Source: a virus | Length of the DNA stretch: 64,000 bases | Direction: 5' to 3' (one strand) | IMG/VR virus record: IMGVR_UViG_3300047557_002769 | Coordinates: 32,001-96,000 of that record | Part shown: positions 27,835 to 37,941 of the stretch, one piece after another | Numbering within the stretch: position 1 is the stretch's first letter | Layout: each line of letters opens with the position of its first letter | Made by a program: the position numbers and the translations under genes | The notes under the pieces: generated by a model | Databases searched by the model: none | Told to the model about the DNA's origin: nothing | What the model saw: only the letters and a program-made list of their open reading frames with translations

Positions 27835-29661
27835 TTAACCTTCGCATGCGAGACACGTATCGCCTTCGATGATGGCTTTCATGTCGAGTTCTTTGATAGC
27901 TGCTCTTTCTACTTTCCTAGCAACCTTGTCTGCTTTTCCAATCTTCTCTGAACGGCAATAGTAAAGTGTCTTAAGGCCTTGTTTCCAAGCCATAAAATGT
28001 ACTGCGTGCAAGTACTTCACATTGACATCAGGTCTAAAGAACAAATTCAGCGATTGCGCTTGATCGATATACGGTTGACGATCAGCAGCGTGCTCGACAA
28101 CCCAGCGCTGATCGATTTCCATAGAGGTCTTAAAGACGTCTTTGTTCCAATCGTCCATCCAGTCCAGATGTTGAACTGATCCATCGTTAGCAATAATAGA
28201 ACGCCATACGTCATCTGCCCACCCCTCAGGGTGTGATTCGGCTTCTTTCTGAATGATAGCGTCTAAGTAGCGATTTTTATTTAGGTGAGCCCCGGAAAGA
28301 GTGTCTTGACGATAGGCATTAGCGCGATAAGGCTCAATACTAGGGCTAGTATTACCCATAATAATTGAACTACTAGCATTAGGAGCAACAGCCATAACGT
28401 GACTGAATCGTCTACCGGTCCCTGCAGCGTCGGGAGCCTCACCTCTAATCTTTCCAAGAGCGAGGTTAGCATGATCTAACTCAGTCTTTATGTGTTTAAA
28501 GATTTGTAAATTTCTTGACTTCGCGAGGGCAGACTCAAAAGGAACATTATTCCGTTGGAGATAGGCATGATAACCAAGAGCACCCACGCCAATAGAACGC
28601 TCGCGCCCAGCGGAAAACTTAGCCCTTGAGATAGTGTCAGGAGCATTATCAATAAAGTACTGAAGTACGTTATCAAGCATCTCTGCAACGTCCCGCAAAA
28701 ATAATTTATTAGATTTCCAATCATCAAAGTACTCCAGGTTAACAGAAGACAAACAACATACAGCCGTTCTATCTTTATCAGTAGGCAGAATAATCTCACT
28801 GCAAAGATTAGATTGCTTGATTGACAGACCTAGCTTCTTTTGAAACTCAGGCATGCTACGATTACTAGTATCAATAAAGTGAAGATAAGGCTCACCTGTC
28901 TGCATTCTCAGATCGAGTACTCGCTGCCAAAGATCTCTAGCTGATACCACCTCACGTACCTCTCCGTTATGCGGGTCGATAAGAGGCCAGGAATCGTCTG
29001 CATGAGCATCAATCATACATCTCTCAATAATCTCCATAAAGCTATCAGGAATATTAATTCCATGATGTAGATTAAGAGCACGCATATTAGGGTCACCCGT
29101 CGGCTTTCTCATTTCAAGAAAGATGAGAATGTCAGGATGAGAAATATCAAGATATGCAGCGTAACTACCGCGACGAGTCCTGCCTTGTCGATAAGCGAGC
29201 GATGACGCGTCATACGTACGAAGATGCGGCATGACTCCAACCGATTTGTCATCCGATGCACGAATACCAATACCAAGTCCAACACCACCACCTAGCATTG
29301 ATAGCCAGTTAACTTCAGAAAGTGTATCTACCAGACCTTCAGCCGAGTCGTCAAGATAAGGTAGGAAGCAGCTAATAGGCAACCCACGCGACGAACGACC
29401 AAATGACAAAATAGGTGTGGAATATGATAACCAATGTTTACTGGCATATTCATATAGTCGCTGGGCGTGCTCCTCATCTGTACTGAATGCAGCTGAAACG
29501 TATGCCAGTCTTTCTTGAGGCGACGTTTCATCTTCCCTCATATAACTTTCTTTTAAGCGCTTGATACCCAGCTCATCGAATAAAGAATCGCGAGACGGGT
29601 CGATAAAAATAGTTCTATTTTTTTCAGCGAAATTTATAGCAATACCATGTCTAGTGGTCAT
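27835..29661 (-). CDS. nrdA: Ribonucleotide reductase class Ia alpha subunit
   Basis: SNLCSEI, APNASSS, KTLYY, CLACEG. Confidence 0.96.
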   Translation of the reverse strand: MTTRHGIAINFAEKNRTIFIDPSRDSLFDELGIKRLKESYMREDETSPQERLAYVSAAFSTDEEHAQRLYEYASKHWLSYSTPILSFGRSSRGLPISCFLPYLDDSAEGLVDTLSEVNWLSMLGGGVGLGIGIRASDDKSVGVMPHLRTYDASSLAYRQGRTRRGSYAAYLDISHPDILIFLEMRKPTGDPNMRALNLHHGINIPDSFMEIIERCMIDAHADDSWPLIDPHNGEVREVVSARDLWQRVLDLRMQTGEPYLHFIDTSNRSMPEFQKKLGLSIKQSNLCSEIILPTDKDRTAVCCLSSVNLEYFDDWKSNKLFLRDVAEMLDNVLQYFIDNAPDTISRAKFSAGRERSIGVGALGYHAYLQRNNVPFESALAKSRNLQIFKHIKTELDHANLALGKIRGEAPDAAGTGRRFSHVMAVAPNASSSIIMGNTSPSIEPYRANAYRQDTLSGAHLNKNRYLDAIIQKEAESHPEGWADDVWRSIIANDGSVQHLDWMDDWNKDVFKTSMEIDQRWVVEHAADRQPYIDQAQSLNLFFRPDVNVKYLHAVHFMAWKQGLKTLYYCRSEKIGKADKVARKVERAAIKELDMKAIIEGDTCLACEG

Positions 29662-29680
29662 AATTGTACTCTCGATTTTT

Positions 29681-29950
29681 TTATTTTACTTGATTGAATA
29701 TACTTCTTTGTTCATTATACCACTCAATCCAAAGCTGCACTTTAGCTCTGCATTGATGGTATTGACCATAATTTTGCGTGACTATGCTGATGACGTCGCT
29801 AAGCTTGGTCGTGTCAGCAGGGGTTGATTTTAATTCTGGGCAACTTTCCATGAGCTCTTTTACAGGCTCAGGAAACGTACGCTGAACCGGGACGCTTTGG
29901 CATCCAGCCAGCAATACTAATATTATAGAGGAAAAAAGGATCTTTTTCAC
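29681..29950 (-). CDS. o-spanin (Rz1-like lipoprotein)
   Basis: LLAGC lipobox, Pro-rich, follows i-spanin. Confidence 0.8.
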   Translation of the reverse strand: MKKILFSSIILVLLAGCQSVPVQRTFPEPVKELMESCPELKSTPADTTKLSDVISIVTQNYGQYHQCRAKVQLWIEWYNEQRSIFNQVK

Positions 29951-30390
29951 TTCTTTTCGGTAACAGCGTTAACTGCTGCAGCATTTAGTAGTTCAATAGC
30001 TTCTGAAGAGACTGTGCATTGTTTATCAATTACTGTTGCTACTTCTTTAATTCTATCTTGAACAACTGTCTGTACTTCTGTTACTACTTTCACCCGATCA
30101 ACATACTTATACTTTACTACTTCATTAACCGTCTTAGCTTTTTGTTCAGCTAATTCAACTTTATGTTCTAAATCCTTTACCTTAGCTTCCCATACTTTTT
30201 GATTGTTATCAGCACCAGCGAAATACGAACCAGCTATTATCGTAACTACACTTAGAACGGCAATCAACTCTTTAAACTGGTTAAATGGTGTAATGTACGG
30301 TATTAAAAGCGTTGAGACGATCAACCCCAAAACACCTGCAACCATTAAAAAATAAAAAACCCAGACGGGTAAAAGATCTAGAACAAACAT
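29947..30390 (-). CDS. i-spanin (Rz-like)
   Basis: N-terminal TM helices plus coiled coil. Confidence 0.75.
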   Translation of the reverse strand: MFVLDLLPVWVFYFLMVAGVLGLIVSTLLIPYITPFNQFKELIAVLSVVTIIAGSYFAGADNNQKVWEAKVKDLEHKVELAEQKAKTVNEVVKYKYVDRVKVVTEVQTVVQDRIKEVATVIDKQCTVSSEAIELLNAAAVNAVTEKK

Positions 30391-30396
30391 AGTAAG

Positions 30397-31140
30397 TTAT
30401 TTATTATCTTGCTCTACGAATTCACTAGCCATTGGGAAAATTTTTGCAATTACTTTAGCGCATTCTTTAGCAATCATAATATGTTCTAACTGTGTGCCGT
30501 TTGCTGCGCGCAATTGTATATAGTGAATCCAGGACCTCAAGGTACCGTTCATATACAGTCTAGAAACCGTATTGCCTTCTGGTAGAACGGCGCGAGCTTG
30601 TTCTTTTGCAATACCATGTTCTACTGCCCATGCATATGCGTCCTTGGCTTTAAGAATAATACTGCGTTGTAGATTCTCCCACTGATATGCAATCTGTCTT
30701 TGCCTATCGTCATTAATATCTAGCGCAATACTATTCTGTCTATTTTTGGTATCCTGAAGTCTTGCCTCACGAATAAGAAAATCTAGATCTTGAGTAGGAT
30801 CGGCATATCGCTGACTAAACTCCTGAAAAGAGAATGACCGGTGGCGAAGGATCTGACGAGCAATATCACGGGTAGTGGTGATCTCTAAACACACTGAGAC
30901 CATTTCAAGAGGTGACCAATGTTGATGTTTGATCAGATATCGAATAAGTTTTTCAGATGTTTCTTTATTCATCTGATTAGATGGGTTTGAGACACGAGCA
31001 CAAAATGCAACCAGCTCCTGCATGTTATCCATGTCAGGTGCTACGGGCTGAGAATAAGAAATAAGCTTTACATGTCTAACTTCATCAATCATACGTGATG
31101 CCCACATTTCCTCATTTTCTAAAACTTCAATTTTTTCCAT
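30397..31140 (-). CDS. thyX: FAD-dependent thymidylate synthase
   Basis: RHRSFSFQEFSQRY motif. Confidence 0.95.
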   Translation of the reverse strand: MEKIEVLENEEMWASRMIDEVRHVKLISYSQPVAPDMDNMQELVAFCARVSNPSNQMNKETSEKLIRYLIKHQHWSPLEMVSVCLEITTTRDIARQILRHRSFSFQEFSQRYADPTQDLDFLIREARLQDTKNRQNSIALDINDDRQRQIAYQWENLQRSIILKAKDAYAWAVEHGIAKEQARAVLPEGNTVSRLYMNGTLRSWIHYIQLRAANGTQLEHIMIAKECAKVIAKIFPMASEFVEQDNK

Positions 31141-31141
31141 A

Positions 31142-31396
31142 TTATTCCTGCCAGATTTTATCTTGATAAAATTTCTTTTCTTGAATGGTTAGTTCCTTAA
31201 AAAGTTTTCTCGGATTGCCACACATAGGGCATTTAGGAATACCGCAGTTCATTGCAGCATGGTCCTGTAACCTATGCTTGTCACTCTGTTTGATTTCTAC
31301 ACCATGAGCTTTAGCGATTTTAGTTTGCTTTTTGATGTAGTTTTCTTTCTGCAGCATGCGCTTAGAGTGCTGAATTTTTTCATGTTCACTGCTCAT
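31142..31396 (-). CDS. Hypothetical protein with Cys motif
   Basis: CGIPKCPMCGNPR. Confidence 0.65.
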   Translation of the reverse strand: MSSEHEKIQHSKRMLQKENYIKKQTKIAKAHGVEIKQSDKHRLQDHAAMNCGIPKCPMCGNPRKLFKELTIQEKKFYQDKIWQE

Positions 31397-32410
31397 TTAA
31401 CACCTCTTCCATGCGATAAACCTAGCTTTAGCAGCCAGATCTTTATAGGTATTTTTTAATATGATATTATTAACGTCAATACCTGCTTGCACCATCTCAT
31501 TAATATCTTTTTGCGAGATATTCTGAGGCCATATAACAACATTGAATCCTTGATCAATACATCTTTCAAGAATACCGCATACCTCTTTGTTACGCGGCTG
31601 GTTATCAATTATTAGTACAAGCTTTGCTTTATCTAAACCTAAGGTATCAATTTTCGCAAATGTTGTACCAGCAACTGCTATACCATTATTTAAAAACAGA
31701 CTATCAATAGGACCTTCTACAACATAAATCGGTTTCTTCTTATCTACATCACCAAGACCAAAAATCAGCGGTGTGTTAGATTTAACTTTAACCGTGATGT
31801 ACCTTAATGCTTCACCTCTTAAGGCACGGCACGTAACACCAGCCAGTTGATCTTTGTCATCATAAAACGGAATAACTAATCTAGGTTCCTCACCCTTAAT
31901 TGACTCTTTACAGTCTTCGTTAAGCTGTACAATATCTTTTATATTCTGTATATAGTACAGCCGATTAAATTTTTCACGTGGAATCTGCCGAGAAAGACAA
32001 AATTTTACCGCTTCATTATCTTCAGGAAGCGTATCGAGGCGTTCAAGTATTTGATCTAGTAGCCGTTCTTCACTACTTTTAAAAACTGGTTGTTCGAATA
32101 CCATCGGCATTGTATTACTTTGTACAAGCGGGGCATTCTCGGTAAACTTTTCAAGACTATACTGAGAGTATAGTAGCGTATCAACCTTTTTAAGAAAGGT
32201 TCCAAACGCCATAGAAGCGTCACAGTTATGACACTTATAACGTAGGTCGTTCTTATACTTGAAGAAATAGCCTCTAGCCTTGTGACGGTTCTTAGCCGAA
32301 TCGCCACAGATAATACATCTGCAGTTATAGAGAGTATCGTCTTTCTTTTTAAAAAGCGGAAGACGACTACTTACAAGAGAAAGATACTTCTGATCGAGAA
32401 ATAGAGACAT
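31397..32410 (-). CDS. gp61: DNA primase gp61
   Basis: CIICGDS..CHNC Zn finger, VEGPIDSLF TOPRIM, KDINEM. Confidence 0.94.
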   Translation of the reverse strand: MSLFLDQKYLSLVSSRLPLFKKKDDTLYNCRCIICGDSAKNRHKARGYFFKYKNDLRYKCHNCDASMAFGTFLKKVDTLLYSQYSLEKFTENAPLVQSNTMPMVFEQPVFKSSEERLLDQILERLDTLPEDNEAVKFCLSRQIPREKFNRLYYIQNIKDIVQLNEDCKESIKGEEPRLVIPFYDDKDQLAGVTCRALRGEALRYITVKVKSNTPLIFGLGDVDKKKPIYVVEGPIDSLFLNNGIAVAGTTFAKIDTLGLDKAKLVLIIDNQPRNKEVCGILERCIDQGFNVVIWPQNISQKDINEMVQAGIDVNNIILKNTYKDLAAKARFIAWKRC

Positions 32411-32464
32411 AAAAAAAGGCCCTTAACAGGCCTTAATTATAATATAGAACACTGCTGTGTACAA
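32411..32464 (-). promoter_or_regulatory. sigma70 promoter TTGTAC-N17-TATAAT overlapping a terminator-like hairpin before primase
   Basis: -35 at 32464-32459, -10 at 32441-32436; AGGCCT-GTTAA-GGGCCT plus T-run abutting the ATG. Confidence 0.6.
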
Positions 32465-32466
32465 TG

Positions 32467-32865
32467 TTAAAATAGTTTTTCGAACCGAATATGTGCAAGA
32501 ATGTAACCAAGAACTGCTGCACCACCCATTAACATCCAACGCCATTTTTCTAGGTGTTGAACCTTTTCAGCGAGCGCTTTGTACTGTACGGTGCTCGCAT
32601 CGGATATAGCCTTATGCTGTTCTGCGCTTGATTTAGCTTGCTGATCAAGTTTCTCAATAATTTTTTCGTGCTTATGTTCGATACTAGAGTGAATATCATC
32701 TCTAAGATCGCTGATTCTACTATGTAAAGTAGCGTAGTTTTGATCAATCTTCTCTTCTAGCTTCTCTACGCTTGTATTTAACGTATCGACCCTAGATTCT
32801 AAGACCAAGATGCGTGAAGAGCTATCAGAAGACGGGATATTACCGTTCAGTCTACCGTTTTCCAT
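32467..32865 (-). CDS. Coiled-coil protein with C-terminal TM helix
   Basis: LEKWRWMLMGGAAVLGYILAH. Confidence 0.65.
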   Translation of the reverse strand: MENGRLNGNIPSSDSSSRILVLESRVDTLNTSVEKLEEKIDQNYATLHSRISDLRDDIHSSIEHKHEKIIEKLDQQAKSSAEQHKAISDASTVQYKALAEKVQHLEKWRWMLMGGAAVLGYILAHIRFEKLF

Positions 32866-32872
32866 AACAACC

Positions 32873-33079
32873 TCACTTCTTCTTTTTTACATTAACCGGT
32901 GATCCTTTTGAAGGTCTACCGGGTTTATTTTTAGGTTGTGTCTTGGTTGTTTTGGTAGCCCGAATCGCAGCAGGTTTTGCTGTGACAGGTTTCGGTGCTG
33001 GCTCTACAACCGGTTTAGTTACTTCTACCGGTTGTTCATTTTTATTTTTTCTGAAAAAATTTAATAGGGCCCGTAGCAT
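32873..33079 (-). CDS. Hypothetical basic protein
   Basis: ORF track. Confidence 0.5.
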   Translation of the reverse strand: MLRALLNFFRKNKNEQPVEVTKPVVEPAPKPVTAKPAAIRATKTTKTQPKNKPGRPSKGSPVNVKKKK

Positions 33080-33605
33080 TCTTTTCCTCGCTTCGTCTCA
33101 GCAACTTTGGCTTTTTCTTTTTCACACCAATAGTTTCTGGGGTAAAGCCTGCTATACCGGGCGTTGCTACGGCATTATTAGCAGGAGCTTCCTCCATGAA
33201 AGTTTTAAATGATAATATATATTCTTGGTTTAGAAATTGTTGTACTAATGGTGTATCAACCGTATGTGAATTCTTTTCTAATTCACAAAGGTATTTATAC
33301 TCAAGATTTAATGGTTCGGTTTTATCGTCGTAGTGTTCTTTTATTAGCGCTAACGCTGCGGTGTATGTAAGTAGTTTTTTATTTTCTGACGGCACCTTTT
33401 CAATAATTTTCTTTAAACGAAAAACCATTCTATGAAGAATAGTATATGCACGTCGTTCTTTATCTGTGTTTAACTGGCTTAGTTTTTTTAATTCACGACC
33501 TTTAGCATCGATGATGCCAAGCTTAAACGCGTCTGTTTCTTCAAACGGAGTTACAAGCATCTTTAAAATTCTATAAGCTACAACTGAATCTAAAAATTTT
33601 GTCAT
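33042..33605 (-). CDS. Conserved T4-like hypothetical (probable virion) protein
   Basis: LVTPFEETDAFKLGIIDAKG. Confidence 0.7.
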   Translation of the reverse strand: MTKFLDSVVAYRILKMLVTPFEETDAFKLGIIDAKGRELKKLSQLNTDKERRAYTILHRMVFRLKKIIEKVPSENKKLLTYTAALALIKEHYDDKTEPLNLEYKYLCELEKNSHTVDTPLVQQFLNQEYILSFKTFMEEAPANNAVATPGIAGFTPETIGVKKKKPKLLRRSEEKNATGPIKFFQKK

Positions 33606-33997
33606 TATAGGTTTTTTAAAGCTCTTGCTACTTTCTCGTCAAGTGGGATTTCATACCCCTGCATTATTACACCCTGCGACTTTATTACCGCACCAACAGG
33701 CATGTAACTAAGATATACTAGAAATGTTTTAAGCTGTGACCAGTATTTCTTTTCTATCTTAAAGAAGAGCATATTGGTTGCTGCTTCTGCTCCAAATAAA
33801 TTATAAATTATAACTAAGTGGTTTACTATCAGTTTCTCTTTGAGTCCTTTACCAGCAGTATATTTTCTAAACAGTCTTTTAAGATATCTAAACTTTTTTA
33901 GATCATCCTCAAATTCGGTTATACCTTTACACCCTGGATTATCATAATGTCTAATAGCATACATTATGAAGTTATCTTCTGTCAACTCAAAGTCCAT
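33605..33997 (-). CDS. Conserved T4-like hypothetical protein
   Basis: YAIRHYDNP..EFEDDLKKFRYLKRL..NHLVIIYNLFG. Confidence 0.75.
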   Translation of the reverse strand: MDFELTEDNFIMYAIRHYDNPGCKGITEFEDDLKKFRYLKRLFRKYTAGKGLKEKLIVNHLVIIYNLFGAEAATNMLFFKIEKKYWSQLKTFLVYLSYMPVGAVIKSQGVIMQGYEIPLDEKVARALKNL

Positions 33998-33998
33998 T

Positions 33999-34442
33999 TT
34001 ACGTTACAATATCAGCAGTGCCTCCGATCATATACCATTGATTATTAGTATACAATAATGTTGCTGTATCACCTTTGCTATTAAAAACTATTGAACCGGT
34101 TATTGAAAGGTTACTAGAAATAGTATAGCTACCACCTGTGGTAGCGGTCATAACAATAATTTTTACCTGGTTTGTGGTGCCTGTAGGTATTGTTAAAGTA
34201 CCACCAGAAGCATCACTACTAAGATGCGTTACAGGTTTAGTTAGATCAATAATACCAGGTGCAGCTAAGAGCTGGACTGATGAGTCTAGATTTACATTAC
34301 CTTTTAACGTCACATTTGCAGCATTAGCAAATAGTGTCGCAGCGGTAACTTTTTTACTAGTATTAGACTGCACCAGGTAAAGCATATCGCTACCCCCAAC
34401 GGAGGTAGCGGAAGTCAGTTCACTTACTTTCGAATCAGCCAT
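33999..34442 (-). CDS. Probable virion structural protein
   Basis: MADSKVSELT start, beta-rich, GDTATLLY..WY. Confidence 0.6.
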   Translation of the reverse strand: MADSKVSELTSATSVGGSDMLYLVQSNTSKKVTAATLFANAANVTLKGNVNLDSSVQLLAAPGIIDLTKPVTHLSSDASGGTLTIPTGTTNQVKIIVMTATTGGSYTISSNLSITGSIVFNSKGDTATLLYTNNQWYMIGGTADIVT

Positions 34443-34445
34443 TTA

Positions 34446-35273
34446 TTAGACTACTTCTAACTCAGCAGCAGTAGATGTGACAGAATCAGCACCACCGACA
34501 CCGCTTACAACAACACGATACTGATAGTTATCCTTACCAGTTACATCAGAGATGGTTAGTGTGTTGGTTGTAGTGCCTGAGTATACACCGGCGTTGGTAA
34601 GTGTAGCCCATGCCACGGTGTTGTTCTCTTGCCACTGATATGTGAGAGTCTGGCCAGTAGGATCGGTAGAAGCAACAGCAAAGAATACTGCTGCATTACC
34701 AGCAGCATTGCTGACGTTTGCAGGTTGTGTATTGATAAGAATTTGATAGTCAGCGGCTACTGTATCGTCATCAGCGTCAACACCAGCACCAGTTCCGAAT
34801 AGAGAACCAGCAGCGTTAGAAGCAAAGTTCTTCGATAGAGCAACTAGAACCTCAGATTTATTACGTGTCTGGCCAAGCGCGTCAGTATAGGTCTTATACG
34901 TAACCCAACCAGTATGTGATGCAACACCACGAGCTTTGTTTTCTGCAACAACGATTTCAACCCGGTCAATACCATAAACGTCTTGAATGGTAGGCTCGTT
35001 TAGATTACCACTAGAAACGTTAGCAACAAACTTAGGACCCTGCTGAACGTAAGCTGTAGCACCGGAAACTGCCTTACCATTAGCCGTCAATTCCAGTGCA
35101 GTATTAGATGCAATCGTTGCGATCTGAAATTTAGAGCCGGTAATTGTAAGATAATCACCTTCTTTTAGATCAGTAGTAAAAGCAGTACCAGAGCCATTAA
35201 CTCTAGTATTACCAGCATAAGCGGTAACGGTGCCTGTTGCCGCTACATTATCTAGATTACCCCATGAGGACAT
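34446..35273 (-). CDS. Virion protein with C-terminal Ig-like domain
   Basis: INTQPAN..LTYQWQ..TLTIS..YQYRVVVS; AAGGAG RBS. Confidence 0.75.
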   Translation of the reverse strand: MSSWGNLDNVAATGTVTAYAGNTRVNGSGTAFTTDLKEGDYLTITGSKFQIATIASNTALELTANGKAVSGATAYVQQGPKFVANVSSGNLNEPTIQDVYGIDRVEIVVAENKARGVASHTGWVTYKTYTDALGQTRNKSEVLVALSKNFASNAAGSLFGTGAGVDADDDTVAADYQILINTQPANVSNAAGNAAVFFAVASTDPTGQTLTYQWQENNTVAWATLTNAGVYSGTTTNTLTISDVTGKDNYQYRVVVSGVGGADSVTSTAAELEVV

Positions 35274-35330
35274 CGAAGTCTCCTTTTTTTATTATAGGGC
35301 TACCGTTACGGGGTAGCCATCCTGGATTAT

Positions 35331-36041
35331 TTAGGCTTCGTTATCGTTAGAGAAAATAGAAGTGTCTTTAGCGTTAAAAGCGTCGTTAGCAATCTTAACA
35401 GCTTCTTCTTCGCCATACTTCTGCTTTGCAGCTTGAAGATATTCACCAAAGGTATGGTTAGTTTCTTCGTTGGTTTTAGCTCTACGCTTCATTGAACCAG
35501 CCATACGCGCTCCAGACTTCATTCTGGCAGCTTTTGGCTCTTCTACTTCATCTTCAGTATCTACTTGCTTGCTGCCACCGTATCTGGTACCGTGCTTAAC
35601 ACCTGAACCACCAGAAGGTTGAGGGCCTGAGCGTGCATTGACAGACTTCATCATATCATCCCAGCCTTCTTCAATAGCTGTTTCAATAAGCTGAATTTCT
35701 TCTTCTGTATATTCTTCTTTTGCTAGTACTTTCTTAAGTACTGCGCCTGCAACGCGTTGACCAGCTTCTTTTGAGCCATATTTCTTACCAGCTGACTTAG
35801 CAATCTTAGCAAAGTTCATACCAGGCTTGCCTACATCTTCACCCTTTTTAAAACGAGCCTCATCAACCTGCTCTTCTTCTTTCATAGGCTTGGCTTTTTT
35901 ACCAGCGCGCAGCATTTCGAAATCTTTTGCAGTCAGCTCGTCCTTTTCAGGTTCATGAACGTCGATTTGTTGTTGTTTGGCAGTGAGAACTTTTTTCTCA
36001 CCTAACATAACGCTAATAACAGCTTTTTCTAGATCTTTCAT
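35331..36041 (-). CDS. Probable internal head protein
   Basis: Lys/Glu-rich with repeated xEE/DE motifs. Confidence 0.55.
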   Translation of the reverse strand: MKDLEKAVISVMLGEKKVLTAKQQQIDVHEPEKDELTAKDFEMLRAGKKAKPMKEEEQVDEARFKKGEDVGKPGMNFAKIAKSAGKKYGSKEAGQRVAGAVLKKVLAKEEYTEEEIQLIETAIEEGWDDMMKSVNARSGPQPSGGSGVKHGTRYGGSKQVDTEDEVEEPKAARMKSGARMAGSMKRRAKTNEETNHTFGEYLQAAKQKYGEEEAVKIANDAFNAKDTSIFSNDNEA

Positions 36042-36052
36042 TTTAATTTTCC

Positions 36053-36448
36053 TTATAGTTTCGAAACGGGGGTGTTTGACCAGAACTTACAGCTCCAATA
36101 ACGAGCTTTCCATTTAGGACCGGGATTATCGCAGTTGTGTCTTGCTCTAAAGCTTTTCTTTCTCTCTGGATTGTCACGTTTGATAGAAAGATTAGGATCG
36201 CCAAAATTTACTTTAACGACGTTACCCTTATCGTTCTTAACGTATACTGCTCTTTTTTTAGGGCCACCAGGTGTTAAAAAGGGCTTGTTAAGTTTACGAC
36301 CGCTAGAATCCTCTTCGTGGAGTTCACCCCAGTCTTCATAATCTTCCATGCCATCAGAAGCAAATGTTTCTTCTGTAATTCCAAAATCTTCGCTATGCTC
36401 TTCACAAAAAGCACAGCATTGTTCTCTTACCTGCTTAAATGTTTTCAT
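36053..36448 (-). CDS. Probable internal head protein
   Basis: MKTFKQVRE start; KVNFGDP..SFRARHNC..ARYWSC. Confidence 0.65.
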   Translation of the reverse strand: MKTFKQVREQCCAFCEEHSEDFGITEETFASDGMEDYEDWGELHEEDSSGRKLNKPFLTPGGPKKRAVYVKNDKGNVVKVNFGDPNLSIKRDNPERKKSFRARHNCDNPGPKWKARYWSCKFWSNTPVSKL

Positions 36449-37539
36449 CTTGAAGCCTTAAAAGTTTTTAGTTTAGGTGCCTTCGATGGCTTCATTTTTT
36501 TAGCAGCTTTAGCTCTGTAGCCAGCTAATCTTTTCTGTTCAATATCTCTCATCTTAGAAACCATACGAGTTGCAAGCGAGGTTTGAATATATTTCATTCT
36601 AGACACTTGCTGTTCAATTCTATCTTTTTCAGCAGCAGATAATGTTGACTTATCTCTACCTCTTAAAAAGCGTTTGTAGATAGCTCTACGTGCAGCTAGT
36701 GTGGCTCTCTTTTTAAGAACGTTAACGTTTGAAGGTCTGCGTAACTTTAGACTTCTTGCAACGTTACGCTTACCTCTCATGCGAGCAAACGCCTGACGTT
36801 TCTTAAGCCTAGACTGTACGCTTAGTTTTTCGTCAAGGACTTCTTCTTTGACTTCTTCCTTCTCATCGTTTTCATCTTCATCTTCGTCCTCCTCTACTAG
36901 CTCTACGTCATCATAAAGATCAACAATATCTTCCCAGGTCAGTTCATCAACCATTTTGTTGAGTTCTTCTTCAGAAAGCTCTTCTTCTACAGAGGTTTGC
37001 TCAGATAAGAATGCACTAAAGGTTAGAACAACACCTTCTTGTTGTCTTGCAGCCCAGATATTATCAACCATGTTAGGATAAGGTCTACCGGCTGCTTTAG
37101 CTCTTGCTTTTGCTTTAGCTTTGCTTGCAGATGATAATTTTTCTTTGGGAAGTTTGGCTCTTTCTTTTGCTTGGTCCCATACCGCTTCATTAGCTATATC
37201 ATAAGACTCTTCTACCTCACCAGTGTCTGATTTAGGTACATGTGCGTAGGGTAGATCAGCAATAGTAGCGTCTTTATGACCATGTAGTTTTAGCATAGTA
37301 TCAACATGAGTCTGCATGTACTTCTCATGTTGATCAAGCACACCTAGTGACTGTAATGCATCGTGAGCTCTAGCCATATGATAACTAAAGTCATGAATCA
37401 TAACATTAGTTGCCATGCCAGCAGCTAGTGCTTTTTTTTCAACATCTAAGTAGTTATCTGTGGCTTCTAGCGCAGTTTTAAGAAGCTCGTGCTGTAGGTA
37501 TCTATCTGTAATCATTTTAGAAACGACCTTAACATCCAA
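36445..37539 (-). CDS. Probable internal head protein (acidic then very basic)
   Basis: AGRPYPNMVDNIWAAR, acidic linker, Arg/Lys-rich C-terminus. Confidence 0.6.
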   Translation of the reverse strand: MDVKVVSKMITDRYLQHELLKTALEATDNYLDVEKKALAAGMATNVMIHDFSYHMARAHDALQSLGVLDQHEKYMQTHVDTMLKLHGHKDATIADLPYAHVPKSDTGEVEESYDIANEAVWDQAKERAKLPKEKLSSASKAKAKARAKAAGRPYPNMVDNIWAARQQEGVVLTFSAFLSEQTSVEEELSEEELNKMVDELTWEDIVDLYDDVELVEEDEDEDENDEKEEVKEEVLDEKLSVQSRLKKRQAFARMRGKRNVARSLKLRRPSNVNVLKKRATLAARRAIYKRFLRGRDKSTLSAAEKDRIEQQVSRMKYIQTSLATRMVSKMRDIEQKRLAGYRAKAAKKMKPSKAPKLKTFKASR

Positions 37540-37940
37540 CCGTGTTTTTCATGTGCTTGTATTCTATCTTGAAGGTAGTTAGATATTCCAACTTCACCTT
37601 CTTTTTCTGCTTCTTGATAAGCGATTAATAGTGAGGCTCTTAATTTAGTATTTTCTTTTTCTAAATTCGAAAGCATCGCAAGCGCACTTGGTATAGTATC
37701 TGTCTCTTCAATACTAGTTAGTTCTTTAAATCTGGCTAAAGTACCAGGCGCATAAGAATCTAAAGTTCTGATTAATTCAGCAATTGCATCAACCGAACTG
37801 TGTACGTCCTCATAAAGTTCACCCATAAATTCATGATACTGAGCGAAGTTAGGACCTTCAACGTTCCAGTGGTAGTACTGAGCCTTTAAGTAAAACGTAA
37901 AGGCATCTGCTAAAGTAGTCTTTAATGTATCAACTAGCAT
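37512..37940 (-). CDS. dps: Dps / ferritin-like DNA-protection protein
   Basis: HWNVEGPNFAQYH..DAIAELIR..HEKHGWML. Confidence 0.92.
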   Translation of the reverse strand: MLVDTLKTTLADAFTFYLKAQYYHWNVEGPNFAQYHEFMGELYEDVHSSVDAIAELIRTLDSYAPGTLARFKELTSIEETDTIPSALAMLSNLEKENTKLRASLLIAYQEAEKEGEVGISNYLQDRIQAHEKHGWMLRSFLK

Positions 37941-37941
37941 G

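Noticed and set aside
26604-29661. Introns or inteins in nrdA/nrdB (also checked gp43, gp41, uvsX)
   Set aside because: ORFs are continuous, of normal length, with no splicing motifs seen
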